Part shown: one piece after another, positions 8,692 through 19,071 of the stretch
Layout: every line of letters starts with the position of its first letter
How positions within the stretch are numbered: position 1 is the stretch's first letter
Assembly (NCBI GenBank): GCA_045594545.1
Contig: JAZNYQ010000093.1
Span: 1-62,386 of the forward strand
DNA: 62,386 nt
DNA from: Eubacteriales bacterium
Lineage (GTDB): Bacteria > Bacillota > Clostridia > Oscillospirales > UMGS1783
Direction: 5' to 3'
Position numbers and translations under genes: made by a program
Notes under the pieces: generated by a model
Told to the model about the DNA's origin: nothing
Seen by the model: the letters and a program-made list of their open reading frames with translations, nothing else
Database searches by the model: none

Positions 8692-10497
8692 TTACACATC
8701 CAATTTTAATACGCTCATAAAGGCTTCTGCCGGTACCTCTACCGAACCGAATTGACGCATCCGCTTCTTGCCTTCTTTTTGCTTCTCCAGCAATTTCTTT
8801 TTACGCGTAATGTCACCACCGTAACATTTGGCAAGAACATCTTTGCGAACGGCTTTGACCGTTTCTCTGGCGATCACCTTGCCGCCGATTGCCGCTTGAA
8901 CCGGAATTTCAAACAGTTGTCTGGGGATATTTTCCTTTAGATTTTCAACCATTTTCCGTGCCTTGGGATAGGCGCGATCGGCGTGCAAGATAAAGGAAAG
9001 CGCATCAATCACATCACCATTAAGTAAAATATCCAACTTAACAAGATTACTCTTTCTGTAATCCAAAAATTCATAATCTAAGGATGCGTATCCATGGGTG
9101 CGTGATTTTAAGCAGTCAAAGAAATCATAAATAATCTCGTTGAGCGGCATTTCATAATGGATATTGGTACGCCCTTGGTCCAGATATGTCATATCAATAA
9201 AGGTTCCACGTCTTTCTTGGCAGAGATCCATAACTGCACCCACATGTTCCGTAGGAGAAAAAATGTGGGCGGAAACCATCGGTTCCTCGGCGTACTCAAT
9301 GGATGTCGGAGAGGGATAATTGGTGGGATTATCAATAAAAATAGTCTCACCCGATGTCAGCTTGAATTTGTAGATAACCGATGGAGCCGTTGTGATAATA
9401 TCTAAATTATATTCCCGCTCCAAGCGTTCCTGTATGATCTCCATATGCAGAAGACCGAGGAAGCCACAACGGAAACCAAACCCCAGAGCGGCTGATGTTT
9501 CGGGTTCATAACTAAGGGCGGCATCGTTTAACTGCAGTTTTTCCATGGCATCGCGCAGATCGGAATAATGGGCGCCGTCTGCCGGATAAATACCGCAATA
9601 CACCATGGGGTTAACCTTTTTATAGCCGGGCAACGGTTCCGTAGCCGGGCATTCCGCCAGTGTTACCGTATCGCCAACTTGTGTATCGCGTACGGTTTTA
9701 ATGCTTGCGGTTATATATCCGACTTCTCCTGCCGTTAATTCTTCGGTTTTTTCTAATGATGTTGCTCGCATATATCCTACTTCTACAACATCAAATTCCG
9801 CACCGGTAGACATCAATTTCATGCGTTGACCGGCACGAATGCGACCTTCCATGATTCGGACATAAACAATAACGCCGCGATAACTGTCATAAATGGAATC
9901 AAATATCAAGGCCTGTAACGGAGCATCCGGATTACCGGTAGGTGCCGGAACATCGGTAACAATATGCTCTAAAACATCTTCAATATTGGTGCCCATTTTT
10001 GCAGAGATACGAGGGGCATCCCCTGCCGGCAACCCAATAATATCCTCTATTTCTTCAATGGTTCGTTCGGGATCTGCACTTGGTAGATCCATTTTGTTGA
10101 TAACCGGAACAATCTCCAGATTATGATCAATGGCCAAATAGGTGTTGCCAAGGGTCTGCGCCTCTATGCCCTGCGTGGCATCTACAATAAGGATAGCCCC
10201 CTCGCAAGCCGCCAAGGAGCGGGATACTTCATAGTTGAAGTCGACATGTCCCGGCGTGTCAATTAAATTCAGAATATAATTCTCGCCGTCATGGGCCATA
10301 TATTCCAATTTGACTGCTCTTGCCTTTATCGTAATCCCACGCTCTTTCTCCAGATCCATGTTATCCAGAATTTGCGCGGTCATATCTCTGGTATTTACCG
10401 AACCGGTATGCTCCAGCAATCGATCGGCAAGCGTAGACTTGCCGTGATCGATGTGGGCAATTATTGAAAAATTTCGGATATTTTTCTGATCAATCAT
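8692..10497 (-). CDS. lepA: Translation elongation factor 4
   Basis: 601-aa ORF with GTPase motifs [17 protein letters not shown] and NKMD, plus the LepA-specific C-terminal domain. Confidence 0.97.
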   Translation of the reverse strand: MIDQKNIRNFSIIAHIDHGKSTLADRLLEHTGSVNTRDMTAQILDNMDLEKERGITIKARAVKLEYMAHDGENYILNLIDTPGHVDFNYEVSRSLAACEGAILIVDATQGIEAQTLGNTYLAIDHNLEIVPVINKMDLPSADPERTIEEIEDIIGLPAGDAPRISAKMGTNIEDVLEHIVTDVPAPTGNPDAPLQALIFDSIYDSYRGVIVYVRIMEGRIRAGQRMKLMSTGAEFDVVEVGYMRATSLEKTEELTAGEVGYITASIKTVRDTQVGDTVTLAECPATEPLPGYKKVNPMVYCGIYPADGAHYSDLRDAMEKLQLNDAALSYEPETSAALGFGFRCGFLGLLHMEIIQERLEREYNLDIITTAPSVIYKFKLTSGETIFIDNPTNYPSPTSIEYAEEPMVSAHIFSPTEHVGAVMDLCQERRGTFIDMTYLDQGRTNIHYEMPLNEIIYDFFDCLKSRTHGYASLDYEFLDYRKSNLVKLDILLNGDVIDALSFILHADRAYPKARKMVENLKENIPRQLFEIPVQAAIGGKVIARETVKAVRKDVLAKCYGGDITRKKKLLEKQKEGKKRMRQFGSVEVPAEAFMSVLKLDV

Positions 10498-10507
10498 TCA
10501 CTATACC

Positions 10508-11674
10508 TCAGTTTAATTTGCTGAGCGTCTCCATAACGTAGTTGCCGAATTCCTCGCTGGTTGCGCCGGTACTTCGTCCGGTAATCTTTAATTTCGCCTC
10601 TTCAAACATGCAAATGTCAAGCGCACGTTCCAGTTTGTCAGCCAAGGCCTGTCTGCCGATATGGGAAAGCAGCATGACGCAAGCGCGTAACATGGAGCAA
10701 GGATCGGCGTACTGACCGCGTCCCTCATCCATCATGCGGGGAGCCGAACCGTGGATGGCTTCAAACATGGCATAACGTTTGCCGATATTGGCACTACCGG
10801 CCGTACCGACACCGCCTTGGAATTCAGCCGCTTCATCGGTGATGATATCGCCGTAAAGATTAGGCAAAACGAAGACGCGGAAAGCCGTTCTGCGCTTCTC
10901 GTCAATCAATTTTGCGGTTGTAATATCGATATACCAGTCATCCATCTCAACGGTCGGATAATTTTTAGCAACCTCTTTACAGATATTCAGGAATTTACCG
11001 TCTGTCGTCTTAATAACATTGGCTTTAGTGATAACCGATACCTTATTTTTACCCGATTTTGCAGCAAAATCAAAAGCCAAACGGGCAATACGACGGCACC
11101 CCTCAGAGGTAGCAACCGTAAAATCAAACGCCAGGTCTTCATCAACATTTACACCTTCCGAACCAAGGGTATAGGCACCCTCAGTATTTTCTCTGTAGAA
11201 GGTCCAGTCAATGCCCTTATCGGGTACTTTTACAGGACGAACATTGGCAAACAGATCCAGTTCTTTTCTCATGGCAACATTGGCACTTTCAATGTTCGGC
11301 CAAGGATCGCCTTGACGAGGAGTCGTGGTGGGGCCTTTTAAGATGACGTGGCACTGTTTCAGTTCTTCCAATACATCATCGGGGATCGCTTTCATTACTT
11401 CTACACGTCGTTCAATGGTCAAACCGTCAATCACACGAAATTCAACCTTGCCCGCTTTTACTTCATCCTGAAGCATGTGTTCCAAAACGCGAGCGGCTTC
11501 ATTGGTAATAATGGGGCCGATGCCGTCACCGCCGCATACGCCGATGATCAATTTATCCAAATTGCTGTAATCTACAAAATCTCCCTGCTCTTTCATCTTT
11601 TGAACGCGGGCATCCTGTTTGTCTAAAAGTGCAGCGAATTTTTCTAATGCTGCTTGTTTTTGTTGCTGTGTCAT
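10508..11674 (-). CDS. Isocitrate/isopropylmalate dehydrogenase family protein, probably isocitrate dehydrogenase
   Basis: 388-aa ORF with family motifs GDGIGPII, NLYGDIITDEAA and IHGSAP. It sits immediately downstream of aconitase, which favours isocitrate as substrate (inference). Confidence 0.75.
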   Translation of the reverse strand: MTQQQKQAALEKFAALLDKQDARVQKMKEQGDFVDYSNLDKLIIGVCGGDGIGPIITNEAARVLEHMLQDEVKAGKVEFRVIDGLTIERRVEVMKAIPDDVLEELKQCHVILKGPTTTPRQGDPWPNIESANVAMRKELDLFANVRPVKVPDKGIDWTFYRENTEGAYTLGSEGVNVDEDLAFDFTVATSEGCRRIARLAFDFAAKSGKNKVSVITKANVIKTTDGKFLNICKEVAKNYPTVEMDDWYIDITTAKLIDEKRRTAFRVFVLPNLYGDIITDEAAEFQGGVGTAGSANIGKRYAMFEAIHGSAPRMMDEGRGQYADPCSMLRACVMLLSHIGRQALADKLERALDICMFEEAKLKITGRSTGATSEEFGNYVMETLSKLN

Positions 11675-11687
11675 GTTATTTGCTCCT

Positions 11688-13610
11688 TTATCTGTTTTTC
11701 GTGTAATTTAAAAGTCCGCCGGCACAAAGCATTTGCTTTTGACGTTCCGACAACGAAACGACACCGGTAACGGTAATATTTTTGGTTGTATTGACAATAG
11801 AAATGGAATCTCCGTTTAGAATTCGATGGCGAACATCCGGCAACTCCAGTTCATCGCCTAATTCAAAACGGTCATAGTCATCGGGATTTTCAAAAGTGAT
11901 GGGAATAATGCCGTTATTGATCAAGTTTGCCGCATGGATACGGGCAAACGATTTGGCAATGACAGCTTTCACGCCTAAATACAGTGGAACCAATGCCGCA
12001 TGCTCACGGGAAGACCCCTGACCATAGTTGGTACCGCCAATAATGATACCTCCACCCCACTGTCTGGCACGAGAGGGGAATTCTTCATCACAACGCACAA
12101 AACAGAACTCAGAAAGCTTAGGAATATTAGAACGGTACGGCAAGATTTTAGCACCGGCCGGCATAATATGGTCGGTAGTAATATTATCGCCAACAATCAA
12201 TAATGCTCGCTTGCTGATGGTATCCGGCATAGCCTCATTAACGGGAAACGGCTTAATGTTCGGACCTTGCTCCACATCCACCATATCCGAGGACTCCGCA
12301 GGAGCATCTACCAGATTATCATTCACTGTAAAGTGATCAGGCATTACAATCTCACAATCCAGCGAGAATGTTGTGGGATCGGTCATCACGCCGGTAATGG
12401 CAGAAACGGCCGCCGTTTCGGGGCTGACAAGATACACCTGAGCATCTTCCGTACCACTGCGTCCTTCAAAATTACGGTTAAAGGTGCGCAAGGAGATGCC
12501 GGCACTCTTGGGCGATTGTCCCATGCCAATGCAGGGGCCGCAAGCACATTCCAAGATACGGGCACCGGCATCAATCATGTCAGCCAATGCCCCGTTAGCG
12601 GCCAGCATATTGAATACTTGCTTAGAACCGGGAGAAATAGCTAAAGATACATCACTATGTACGGTCTGATTTTTCAGAACGGCAGCCACAGTCATCATGT
12701 CAAGATAAGACGAATTGGTGCAAGAGCCAATACAAGACTGAGAAATTTTCATACCGGCTAATTCCGAAACCGGCTTGACATTGCCGGGGCTATGCGGGCA
12801 TGCGGCCAGCGGAACAAGCGTATTCAGATCAATATCTATGGTCTTGTCATATTCAGCATCCGCATCCGCAGAAAGCTCCATATAATCATCTTCACGGCCT
12901 TGAGCGGACAAGAAACTACGTGTAATTTCATCTGCAGGAAATACCGATGTGGTAGCGCCCGTTTCAGCACCCATGTTGGTGATGGTAGCGCGCTGAGGAA
13001 CCGTTAATGTCTTAACGCCATCCCCGCAATACTCAATAATATATCCAACACCGCCCTTAACGTCAATACGGCGAAGTACTTCGAGAATAATGTCTTTCGC
13101 ACTTACCATAGGACGTAATTTTCCGGTCAAATTGACACGAATAACGCCGGGACAGGTAATGAAATACTCACCGCCACCCATCGCAACAGCAACATCCAGA
13201 CCGCCGGCGCCGATAGCCAGCATGCCGATGCCGCCACCGGTCGGCGTATGCGAGTCACTGCCTAATAAGGTTTTTCCGGGTTTCCCGAAACGCTCCAAAT
13301 GCACTTGATGACAGATGCCGTTACCGGGACGAGAAAAATAAACACCATGCTTTTTGCAAACAGTTTGAATATATCTGTGATCGTCTGCATTTTCAAAGCC
13401 ATTTTGCAAAGTATTATGATCAATATACGCAACGGAGCGTTCGGTCTTTACACGATCAATGCCCATGGCTTCAAATTGAAGATACGCCATAGTGCCCGTT
13501 GCGTCCTGTGTTAATGTTTGATCAATACGAATGCCGATCTCCGTTCCCCTTTTCAGTTCACCGGAGACCAGATGGGTATGTAAGAGTTTATATGCTACAT
13601 TCATTCCCAT
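11688..13610 (-). CDS. Aconitate hydratase (aconitase family, 640 aa)
   Basis: Fe-S ligand motifs GSDSHTPTGGG, CGPCIGMGQ and GSCTNSS, plus a C-terminal swivel domain. SD AAGGCGGTGA upstream of the ATG at 13610. Confidence 0.85.
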   Translation of the reverse strand: MGMNVAYKLLHTHLVSGELKRGTEIGIRIDQTLTQDATGTMAYLQFEAMGIDRVKTERSVAYIDHNTLQNGFENADDHRYIQTVCKKHGVYFSRPGNGICHQVHLERFGKPGKTLLGSDSHTPTGGGIGMLAIGAGGLDVAVAMGGGEYFITCPGVIRVNLTGKLRPMVSAKDIILEVLRRIDVKGGVGYIIEYCGDGVKTLTVPQRATITNMGAETGATTSVFPADEITRSFLSAQGREDDYMELSADADAEYDKTIDIDLNTLVPLAACPHSPGNVKPVSELAGMKISQSCIGSCTNSSYLDMMTVAAVLKNQTVHSDVSLAISPGSKQVFNMLAANGALADMIDAGARILECACGPCIGMGQSPKSAGISLRTFNRNFEGRSGTEDAQVYLVSPETAAVSAITGVMTDPTTFSLDCEIVMPDHFTVNDNLVDAPAESSDMVDVEQGPNIKPFPVNEAMPDTISKRALLIVGDNITTDHIMPAGAKILPYRSNIPKLSEFCFVRCDEEFPSRARQWGGGIIIGGTNYGQGSSREHAALVPLYLGVKAVIAKSFARIHAANLINNGIIPITFENPDDYDRFELGDELELPDVRHRILNGDSISIVNTTKNITVTGVVSLSERQKQMLCAGGLLNYTKNR

Positions 13611-13648
13611 TGATAAATCACCGCCTTTTATATTTATAATAATTATAT

Positions 13649-13677
13649 ATTTAATATCAAATCTTAAGTTTTGTCAA
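13649..13677 (-). promoter_or_regulatory. Candidate sigma-A promoter for the aconitase-IDH-lepA-hemW array
   Basis: On the minus strand: TTGACA (13672-13677), a 17-nt spacer, then TTAAAT (13649-13654). Confidence 0.5.
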
Positions 13678-13686
13678 GTACTCAAC

Positions 13687-14691
13687 TTAAGAAATGCTCA
13701 TGGTTGCATAAGCATTTAAATCCAGATCGGCAACCACCCCGTTTCTGTATTCGTAAAATGCCTGCGAGGCAATCATAGCGGCGTTATCTCCGCAATATTT
13801 CAGTTCCGGCAGATATAGTTGAAAATTGTGATGTTTTGCTGCTAAACTTACTTTTTCTCTAAGGATTCCATTTGCCGATACCCCTCCGGCCAAAACCAGT
13901 GTGCTGATGCCAAGATCTAAAGCGGCCCGTATAAAATGGTCACATAACGTAGAAGTAATCGTATGACAAAAACTGGCTGCAACATCCGCCTTGTTTGGGG
14001 CCTGTCCGTTTTGCTCCAACTTATGAACATGATTGATTAGATTTGTTTTTAAACCCGAAAAACTAAAATCATAGGGATTATCCGAAAAGACACTATGCGG
14101 CAATTGCAAATAATGAGGATTCCCCTCTCGAGCCAGTTTTTCAATTTCACGACCACCCGGATATCCAATTCCCAGAATGCGCGCCACCTTGTCAAAGGCC
14201 TCTCCTGCGGCATCGTCATGCGTTCTTCCGACGATCTCATAATCGGTATACGATTTCACGTGAACAATATGACTGTGTCCACCTGAAACAATTAACGAAA
14301 GAAACGGCGGTTGCAGGTCGGAATGTGTTAAGTAGTTGCCCGCAACATGTCCACGAAGATGATGTACCGGTATAAGAGGAATATCCAAACTATACGCATA
14401 AGCTTTAGCATAGCTCACACCCGTTAATAACGCACCGATCAATCCCGGCGCATAGGTTACGGCAACCGCATCCAAGTCCCGTGCGGATATACCGGCATCA
14501 CTTAACGCTTGCTCGACAACGGCAGTGATTTTCTCTGTATGCTTGCGCGATGCGATTTCCGGCACCACGCCGCCGTAAATCTTGTGTATGTCAATTTGCG
14601 TGTATACAGAATTTGACAGCACGTGACGCCCGTCTTCTACGACCGCCGCTGCCGTTTCATCGCATGAACTTTCTATTGCTAAAATTTTCAT
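13687..14691 (-). CDS. tsaD: tRNA N6-adenosine threonylcarbamoyltransferase
   Basis: 334-aa ORF starting MKILAIESSCDETAAAVV, with the metal-binding PVHHLRGH and LAGGVSANG motifs. Confidence 0.95.
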   Translation of the reverse strand: MKILAIESSCDETAAAVVEDGRHVLSNSVYTQIDIHKIYGGVVPEIASRKHTEKITAVVEQALSDAGISARDLDAVAVTYAPGLIGALLTGVSYAKAYAYSLDIPLIPVHHLRGHVAGNYLTHSDLQPPFLSLIVSGGHSHIVHVKSYTDYEIVGRTHDDAAGEAFDKVARILGIGYPGGREIEKLAREGNPHYLQLPHSVFSDNPYDFSFSGLKTNLINHVHKLEQNGQAPNKADVAASFCHTITSTLCDHFIRAALDLGISTLVLAGGVSANGILREKVSLAAKHHNFQLYLPELKYCGDNAAMIASQAFYEYRNGVVADLDLNAYATMSIS

Positions 14692-14694
14692 TTC

Positions 14695-15132
14695 TTACTC
14701 CCATCGGCTCATCATGACAATGGCATCTTCATCCGGCAGACGATAGAATCTGCGTCGGCGATCGATTTCCGCAAAACCGAATGAGCCATATAGTTTTCTT
14801 GCCGCAAGATTACCTTCCCGTACTTCAAGAAAACATCGTTCAACTCCTTGATTTATTGCATATTCTTTTGCTTTGTTTAATAACATCTTTCCGTAACCAA
14901 GCCGCCGCCTATTTGGCAAAACTGCAATGCGATAGATTTCCATCTCATCCATCAGACAATGTCCTAAAAAATATCCGCAGATCGTATCTGACTCTTTCAA
15001 AATCAAGAACAGATCTGATTTTAAGGCGGATTCTAAAGTCTGATATGATATAGGATCTGAAAATATATCCCGTTCCATTTTGGATACGGAATCAATATCG
15101 TCAATAGTAGCGGTAACTATGCTAAGCATCAA
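14695..15132 (-). CDS. rimI: Ribosomal-protein-alanine N-acetyltransferase (GNAT)
   Basis: 145-aa ORF with the GNAT acetyl-CoA motif RRRLGYGKMLL. The position upstream of tsaD is a conserved arrangement. Confidence 0.8.
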   Translation of the reverse strand: MMLSIVTATIDDIDSVSKMERDIFSDPISYQTLESALKSDLFLILKESDTICGYFLGHCLMDEMEIYRIAVLPNRRRLGYGKMLLNKAKEYAINQGVERCFLEVREGNLAARKLYGSFGFAEIDRRRRFYRLPDEDAIVMMSRWE

Positions 15133-15560
15133 TGATTCTCCAAGGCTTTAATTACAGCAGGCAGTTCTGCCTTGATCTGATCCCGACACATACGGTACAT
15201 GTCCAGATCACCACCGAAAGGATCATTGATTCCTCGTCCCAAAACATAAATTTTATCCATAGCCTGCGGATAAATGGCCGCTACCGTTGCCGCATGAGCA
15301 TCGGTCATGCAAAAAACGGCAGTTGCGTTATCAATGTCATTCCCCGTTACTTGTCTGGCGCGGTGATAGGACATATCCACTCCTTCTTCTTGCATGGCAT
15401 CCATAGCATTGGAAGAAATTAAAAGTCCGTCATGCGCCGCAATGCCGGCACTCGTAGCTTGAATGTCATATCCCTTTTTATGTGATAATTGATTCATCAA
15501 CCCTTGTGCCATTGGACTGCGACAGGTATTGCCTGTACAAATAAATAATACTCGCTTCAT
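15129..15560 (-). CDS. ywlE: Low-molecular-weight phosphatase, YwlE-like protein arginine phosphatase type
   Basis: 143-aa ORF with P-loop CTGNTCRSPMA (Thr at the position that distinguishes YwlE-type from classical LMW-PTP loops) and a DPFGG acid-loop motif. Confidence 0.7.
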   Translation of the reverse strand: MKRVLFICTGNTCRSPMAQGLMNQLSHKKGYDIQATSAGIAAHDGLLISSNAMDAMQEEGVDMSYHRARQVTGNDIDNATAVFCMTDAHAATVAAIYPQAMDKIYVLGRGINDPFGGDLDMYRMCRDQIKAELPAVIKALENH

Positions 15561-15565
15561 TCTTC

Positions 15566-18088
15566 TTATCCTTTCGCTTGATACCAGTTATCTCCTACGC
15601 CCAGATCCACCTTAAGCGGAATTCCGATATTGCCCGCATTTTCCATTTCTTCGATCAGGATTTGCTTGGCAAGGTCTACTTCACGTTCCGGACATTCCAA
15701 AATCAATTCATCGTGCACTTGCAGAATAATTCGTGATTGCATGTTTTCTTGGCGTAACCGTCGATAAACCGAAACCATGGCAATCTTTAGCAGATCGGCC
15801 GCGCTTCCCTGTATGGGGGTATTCATAGCAACACGCTCACCAAAAGCCCGCACATTATGATTTTGAACCGACAATTCGGGAATATATCTTCGACGTCCGA
15901 AAATGGTGCTCACGTAACCGTTTGCTTTAGCAGATAAAACGGTTTGGTCTAAATAGTCTTTGATATCTCGATAAGTCTCAAAATAATTCTCAATATATTG
16001 CTTGGCTTCTTTTCGGGTTACCTTGATATCACCTGCCAATGAGAAATCAGATATCCCGTATACGATACCAAAATTGACCGCTTTTGCACGAGAACGCAAT
16101 TCAGGAGTCACAAAATCAGGCGCAACTTTGAAAACTTCTGATGCCGTTTTTGTGTGTATGTCAGCTCCGCTACGAAATGCATCCAACATTTTTTTATCTT
16201 GCGAAATATACGCTAAAACACGCAATTCAATTTGTGAATAGTCTGCATCTACCAGTTTCCAGCCCGGTTGCGCAATAAACAATTTACGCAACTGCCGTCC
16301 GAGCGATTGCCGAACAGGAATATTTTGCAAATTTGGCTCTGAAGAGGAAATTCTTCCCGTTTGCGTAATGGTTTGGTGGAATACAGAATGAATTCGCCCG
16401 CTCTCATCGATCAAATCAACAAAACCATCTACATAAGTAGAATTTAATTTCGTTAATCGTCGGTATTCTAAGATAGCATCAATAATTTCGTGATATCCCC
16501 GCAAACGCTCCAACACTTCAGCATTGGTGGAATATCCCGTCTTGGTCTTGGATAAGGCTGGAAGTTTTAGATCAACAAATAAAACTTCCCCTAATTGCTT
16601 GGTGGAATTGATGTTGAATTTTTTTCCTGCCATGAAGTAAATAGAATTGGTTAACTCTTCTATACGTTTCCGCAGCATTTGCCCAAACTCGGTTAACTGC
16701 TGTTTGTCCATGCCAAAACCGTTATGTTCCATTTGTGCCAATACTGCCATCAGCGGCAGTTCAATTTTTTCGAACAGATCCAGCGTACCGGCATCCGTCA
16801 TGGCCTTCCTCATGGCTGAGGCTGCATCTAAAAAATAGGCGCAGGCAGTCTTATCATTATCCGGGGTAACCGCCAGTTGTTCCCTCAAAATTGAGGAAAT
16901 GGTGTAATTGGATACGGAAGGATTCAAGATATAGGCCGCGATCTTAAGATCGAATACGATTCCCTTGGCTTCAATCCCCTTGTTCAGAAGATCCCGAACA
17001 AAAGCTTTTGCTCCGTAGGTGGTTTTATGCGGCATTTCCCCTGAAAAAAGTTTCTTTAAAAAATCCAAATCCGCGACTGTTTGATATAAAACACCCTCCG
17101 CATAAACCAGTAAATCGTTATCCGCAGGTAAAAAGGCGATTTCATTGACATCTTTTATAATATCCCACAAATCCACACTCTCGATGCAATTTATCTCAAC
17201 GGAAACGCCGATCTCCTCTTGTGTATCCTGTATTCCCAATCGGGAAATAAACTTATCAAATTCCAGAGAAGAAAGCAGGTCAAACAATGCCTCTTCTTTA
17301 TACGGTTTTTGAGCCAGATCCGCGATCGAGATATCCAGATCCATATCGGTTTTGATGGTAACCAATTGTTTTGACAGAAAAGCACTTTCACGATCCGTCT
17401 CCAGTTTCGTTCGTTGTGCAGGTTTAATCGATGGATCATTTAAATGCTCATAGACATTCTCTAAGGACCCAAATTTAGCAATCAATGCCGAGGCGCCCTT
17501 TTCTCCGATCCCCGATACACCGGGGACATTGTCCGAAGAATCCCCCATTATGGCTTTCATATCGATCAGTTGCAATGGAGTAACACCATATTTTTTCAAA
17601 ACTTCTTCCGGTCCGTAACTAACGCTTTCGGTGCCGGTACGACTACTGACCGACAATAATACTCGAGTATGATCATTTACCAATTGCAAACTGTCACGGT
17701 CTCCGGTAACGATTACATGTTCCATATCGGGAAATTTTCGGGTCAGGGTTCCGATAATGTCATCCCCCTCAAATCCTTCGCATTCAATGCGTAAAATTCC
17801 CAGAGCATCCAGAAGTTGTTTGGCAATTGGAATTTGACCGGACAGTTCAGGCGCCATCGCTTTACGCTGTGCCTTATATCCTTGATACATGGAGTGACGA
17901 AACGTTTTTGCTTTTACATCAAATGCCGCAACAATACCATCCGGCTTTTCTTCTTCTATGAGTTTAAGCAGGATATTCAAGAAACCGTATACCGCATTCG
18001 TGGGAACACCGGCTTTGGTGGTTAAAGGCGGCATTCCGAAAAAGGCACGGTTCAGTATACTGTTTGAGTCCAATATCATCAGTTTCAT
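15566..18088 (-). CDS. polA: DNA polymerase I
   Basis: 840-aa ORF with an N-terminal 5'-3' exonuclease domain and polymerase motifs DYSQIELRVLA, RSRAKAVNFGIVYG and QVHDELILE. Confidence 0.95.
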   Translation of the reverse strand: MKLMILDSNSILNRAFFGMPPLTTKAGVPTNAVYGFLNILLKLIEEEKPDGIVAAFDVKAKTFRHSMYQGYKAQRKAMAPELSGQIPIAKQLLDALGILRIECEGFEGDDIIGTLTRKFPDMEHVIVTGDRDSLQLVNDHTRVLLSVSSRTGTESVSYGPEEVLKKYGVTPLQLIDMKAIMGDSSDNVPGVSGIGEKGASALIAKFGSLENVYEHLNDPSIKPAQRTKLETDRESAFLSKQLVTIKTDMDLDISIADLAQKPYKEEALFDLLSSLEFDKFISRLGIQDTQEEIGVSVEINCIESVDLWDIIKDVNEIAFLPADNDLLVYAEGVLYQTVADLDFLKKLFSGEMPHKTTYGAKAFVRDLLNKGIEAKGIVFDLKIAAYILNPSVSNYTISSILREQLAVTPDNDKTACAYFLDAASAMRKAMTDAGTLDLFEKIELPLMAVLAQMEHNGFGMDKQQLTEFGQMLRKRIEELTNSIYFMAGKKFNINSTKQLGEVLFVDLKLPALSKTKTGYSTNAEVLERLRGYHEIIDAILEYRRLTKLNSTYVDGFVDLIDESGRIHSVFHQTITQTGRISSSEPNLQNIPVRQSLGRQLRKLFIAQPGWKLVDADYSQIELRVLAYISQDKKMLDAFRSGADIHTKTASEVFKVAPDFVTPELRSRAKAVNFGIVYGISDFSLAGDIKVTRKEAKQYIENYFETYRDIKDYLDQTVLSAKANGYVSTIFGRRRYIPELSVQNHNVRAFGERVAMNTPIQGSAADLLKIAMVSVYRRLRQENMQSRIILQVHDELILECPEREVDLAKQILIEEMENAGNIGIPLKVDLGVGDNWYQAKG

Positions 18089-18133
18089 GTTGTTACCTAC
18101 ACTTACCTATATCTTTTTATCATATATTATGTT

Positions 18134-18162
18134 ATTATATCATTAGTATCATAATCTTTCAA
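18134..18162 (-). promoter_or_regulatory. Sigma-A-type promoter for polA
   Basis: On the minus strand: TTGAAA (18157-18162), a 17-nt spacer, then TATAAT (18134-18139). Confidence 0.55.
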
Positions 18163-18297
18163 TCCAAAACATCAGAAAAAATTGTCATTAAATAAATTTT
18201 TCTGTAACTATTTTGAAACTTTTTTGAAATACTTCTTTTATTTTATAAAAATATAGTGTATAATGTAAAAGTTAAAAGACAAAAGAGGGGCTACACC

Positions 18298-19056
18298 ATG
18301 GAAAACCTTAACGGAAAGCGATTGGCAATCGGGATTAATCCTGTCAGCGAATTGCTTCGTAGCGGCAATCCCGTAGATCGGTTATATGTCTGTAAAAGTC
18401 GAACCGCTCCGCAAATTGCCCGTATTATAGAAAAAGCTAAAAAACAAAATATTCCAATCGTTTTTTCCGATACTATGCGACTGGACAAGCTATGTGACGG
18501 TGCCAATCATCAAGGTGTCATCGCCCTATGTGCGGAAAAAGAATACTGCGATGTGGATGATATTCTTAATTATGCCGCACAGCGTAATGAAAAGCCGTTT
18601 ATCGTGATACTGGATGAGTTGAAAGATCCCCATAATTTCGGCGCCATTATCCGTAGTGCCGACGGTGCGGGAGTTCACGGTGTCATTGTGGCGAAACGAG
18701 GGAATGCTCCCTTGTCGGAAACAGTTTCAAAAACATCGGCAGGTGCATTGGAATATGTGCGCATTGCCCGCGTATCCAATCTGGCATCCACGATTGACAC
18801 GCTGAAAAAGCAAGGCGTTTGGATTTTCGGTACATCCGACAAAGCCTCGGTCACTTATACCGATACCGATTTTGATCTTCCCTGCGCTTTGATCATCGGA
18901 GATGAAGGGTTTGGTATCGGCCGTCTGCTTAGTGAAAAATGTGATTTTTTAATCAATATTCCCATGCGTGGACACGTTAGTTCATTAAACGCTTCGGTTG
19001 CTGCCGGTGTTGTGATGTATGAAGTGTTACGCCAACGAGATGCAAAAAAAAGATGA
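18298..19056 (+). CDS. rlmB: SpoU/TrmH-family 23S rRNA 2'-O-methyltransferase (RlmB/YacO-like)
   Basis: ORF 18256..19056. The likely start is the ATG at 18298 (MENLNGKRL) after AGAGGGG. SpoU motifs: DPHNFGAIIRSA, IIGDEGFGI and SLNASVAAGV. Confidence 0.8.
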   Translation: MENLNGKRLAIGINPVSELLRSGNPVDRLYVCKSRTAPQIARIIEKAKKQNIPIVFSDTMRLDKLCDGANHQGVIALCAEKEYCDVDDILNYAAQRNEKPFIVILDELKDPHNFGAIIRSADGAGVHGVIVAKRGNAPLSETVSKTSAGALEYVRIARVSNLASTIDTLKKQGVWIFGTSDKASVTYTDTDFDLPCALIIGDEGFGIGRLLSEKCDFLINIPMRGHVSSLNASVAAGVVMYEVLRQRDAKKR

Positions 19057-19071
19057 TAAAGGAGAACCGTT

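Noticed and set aside
10751-11341. 196-aa ORF on the plus strand, antisense to the isocitrate dehydrogenase-family gene.
   Set aside because: It lies entirely inside a well-supported gene on the other strand, has no SD, and its composition (R/F/I/N-rich) is typical of antisense frames. The same reasoning applies to 11348-11626, 12028-12644 and the other short ORFs antisense to the aconitase gene.
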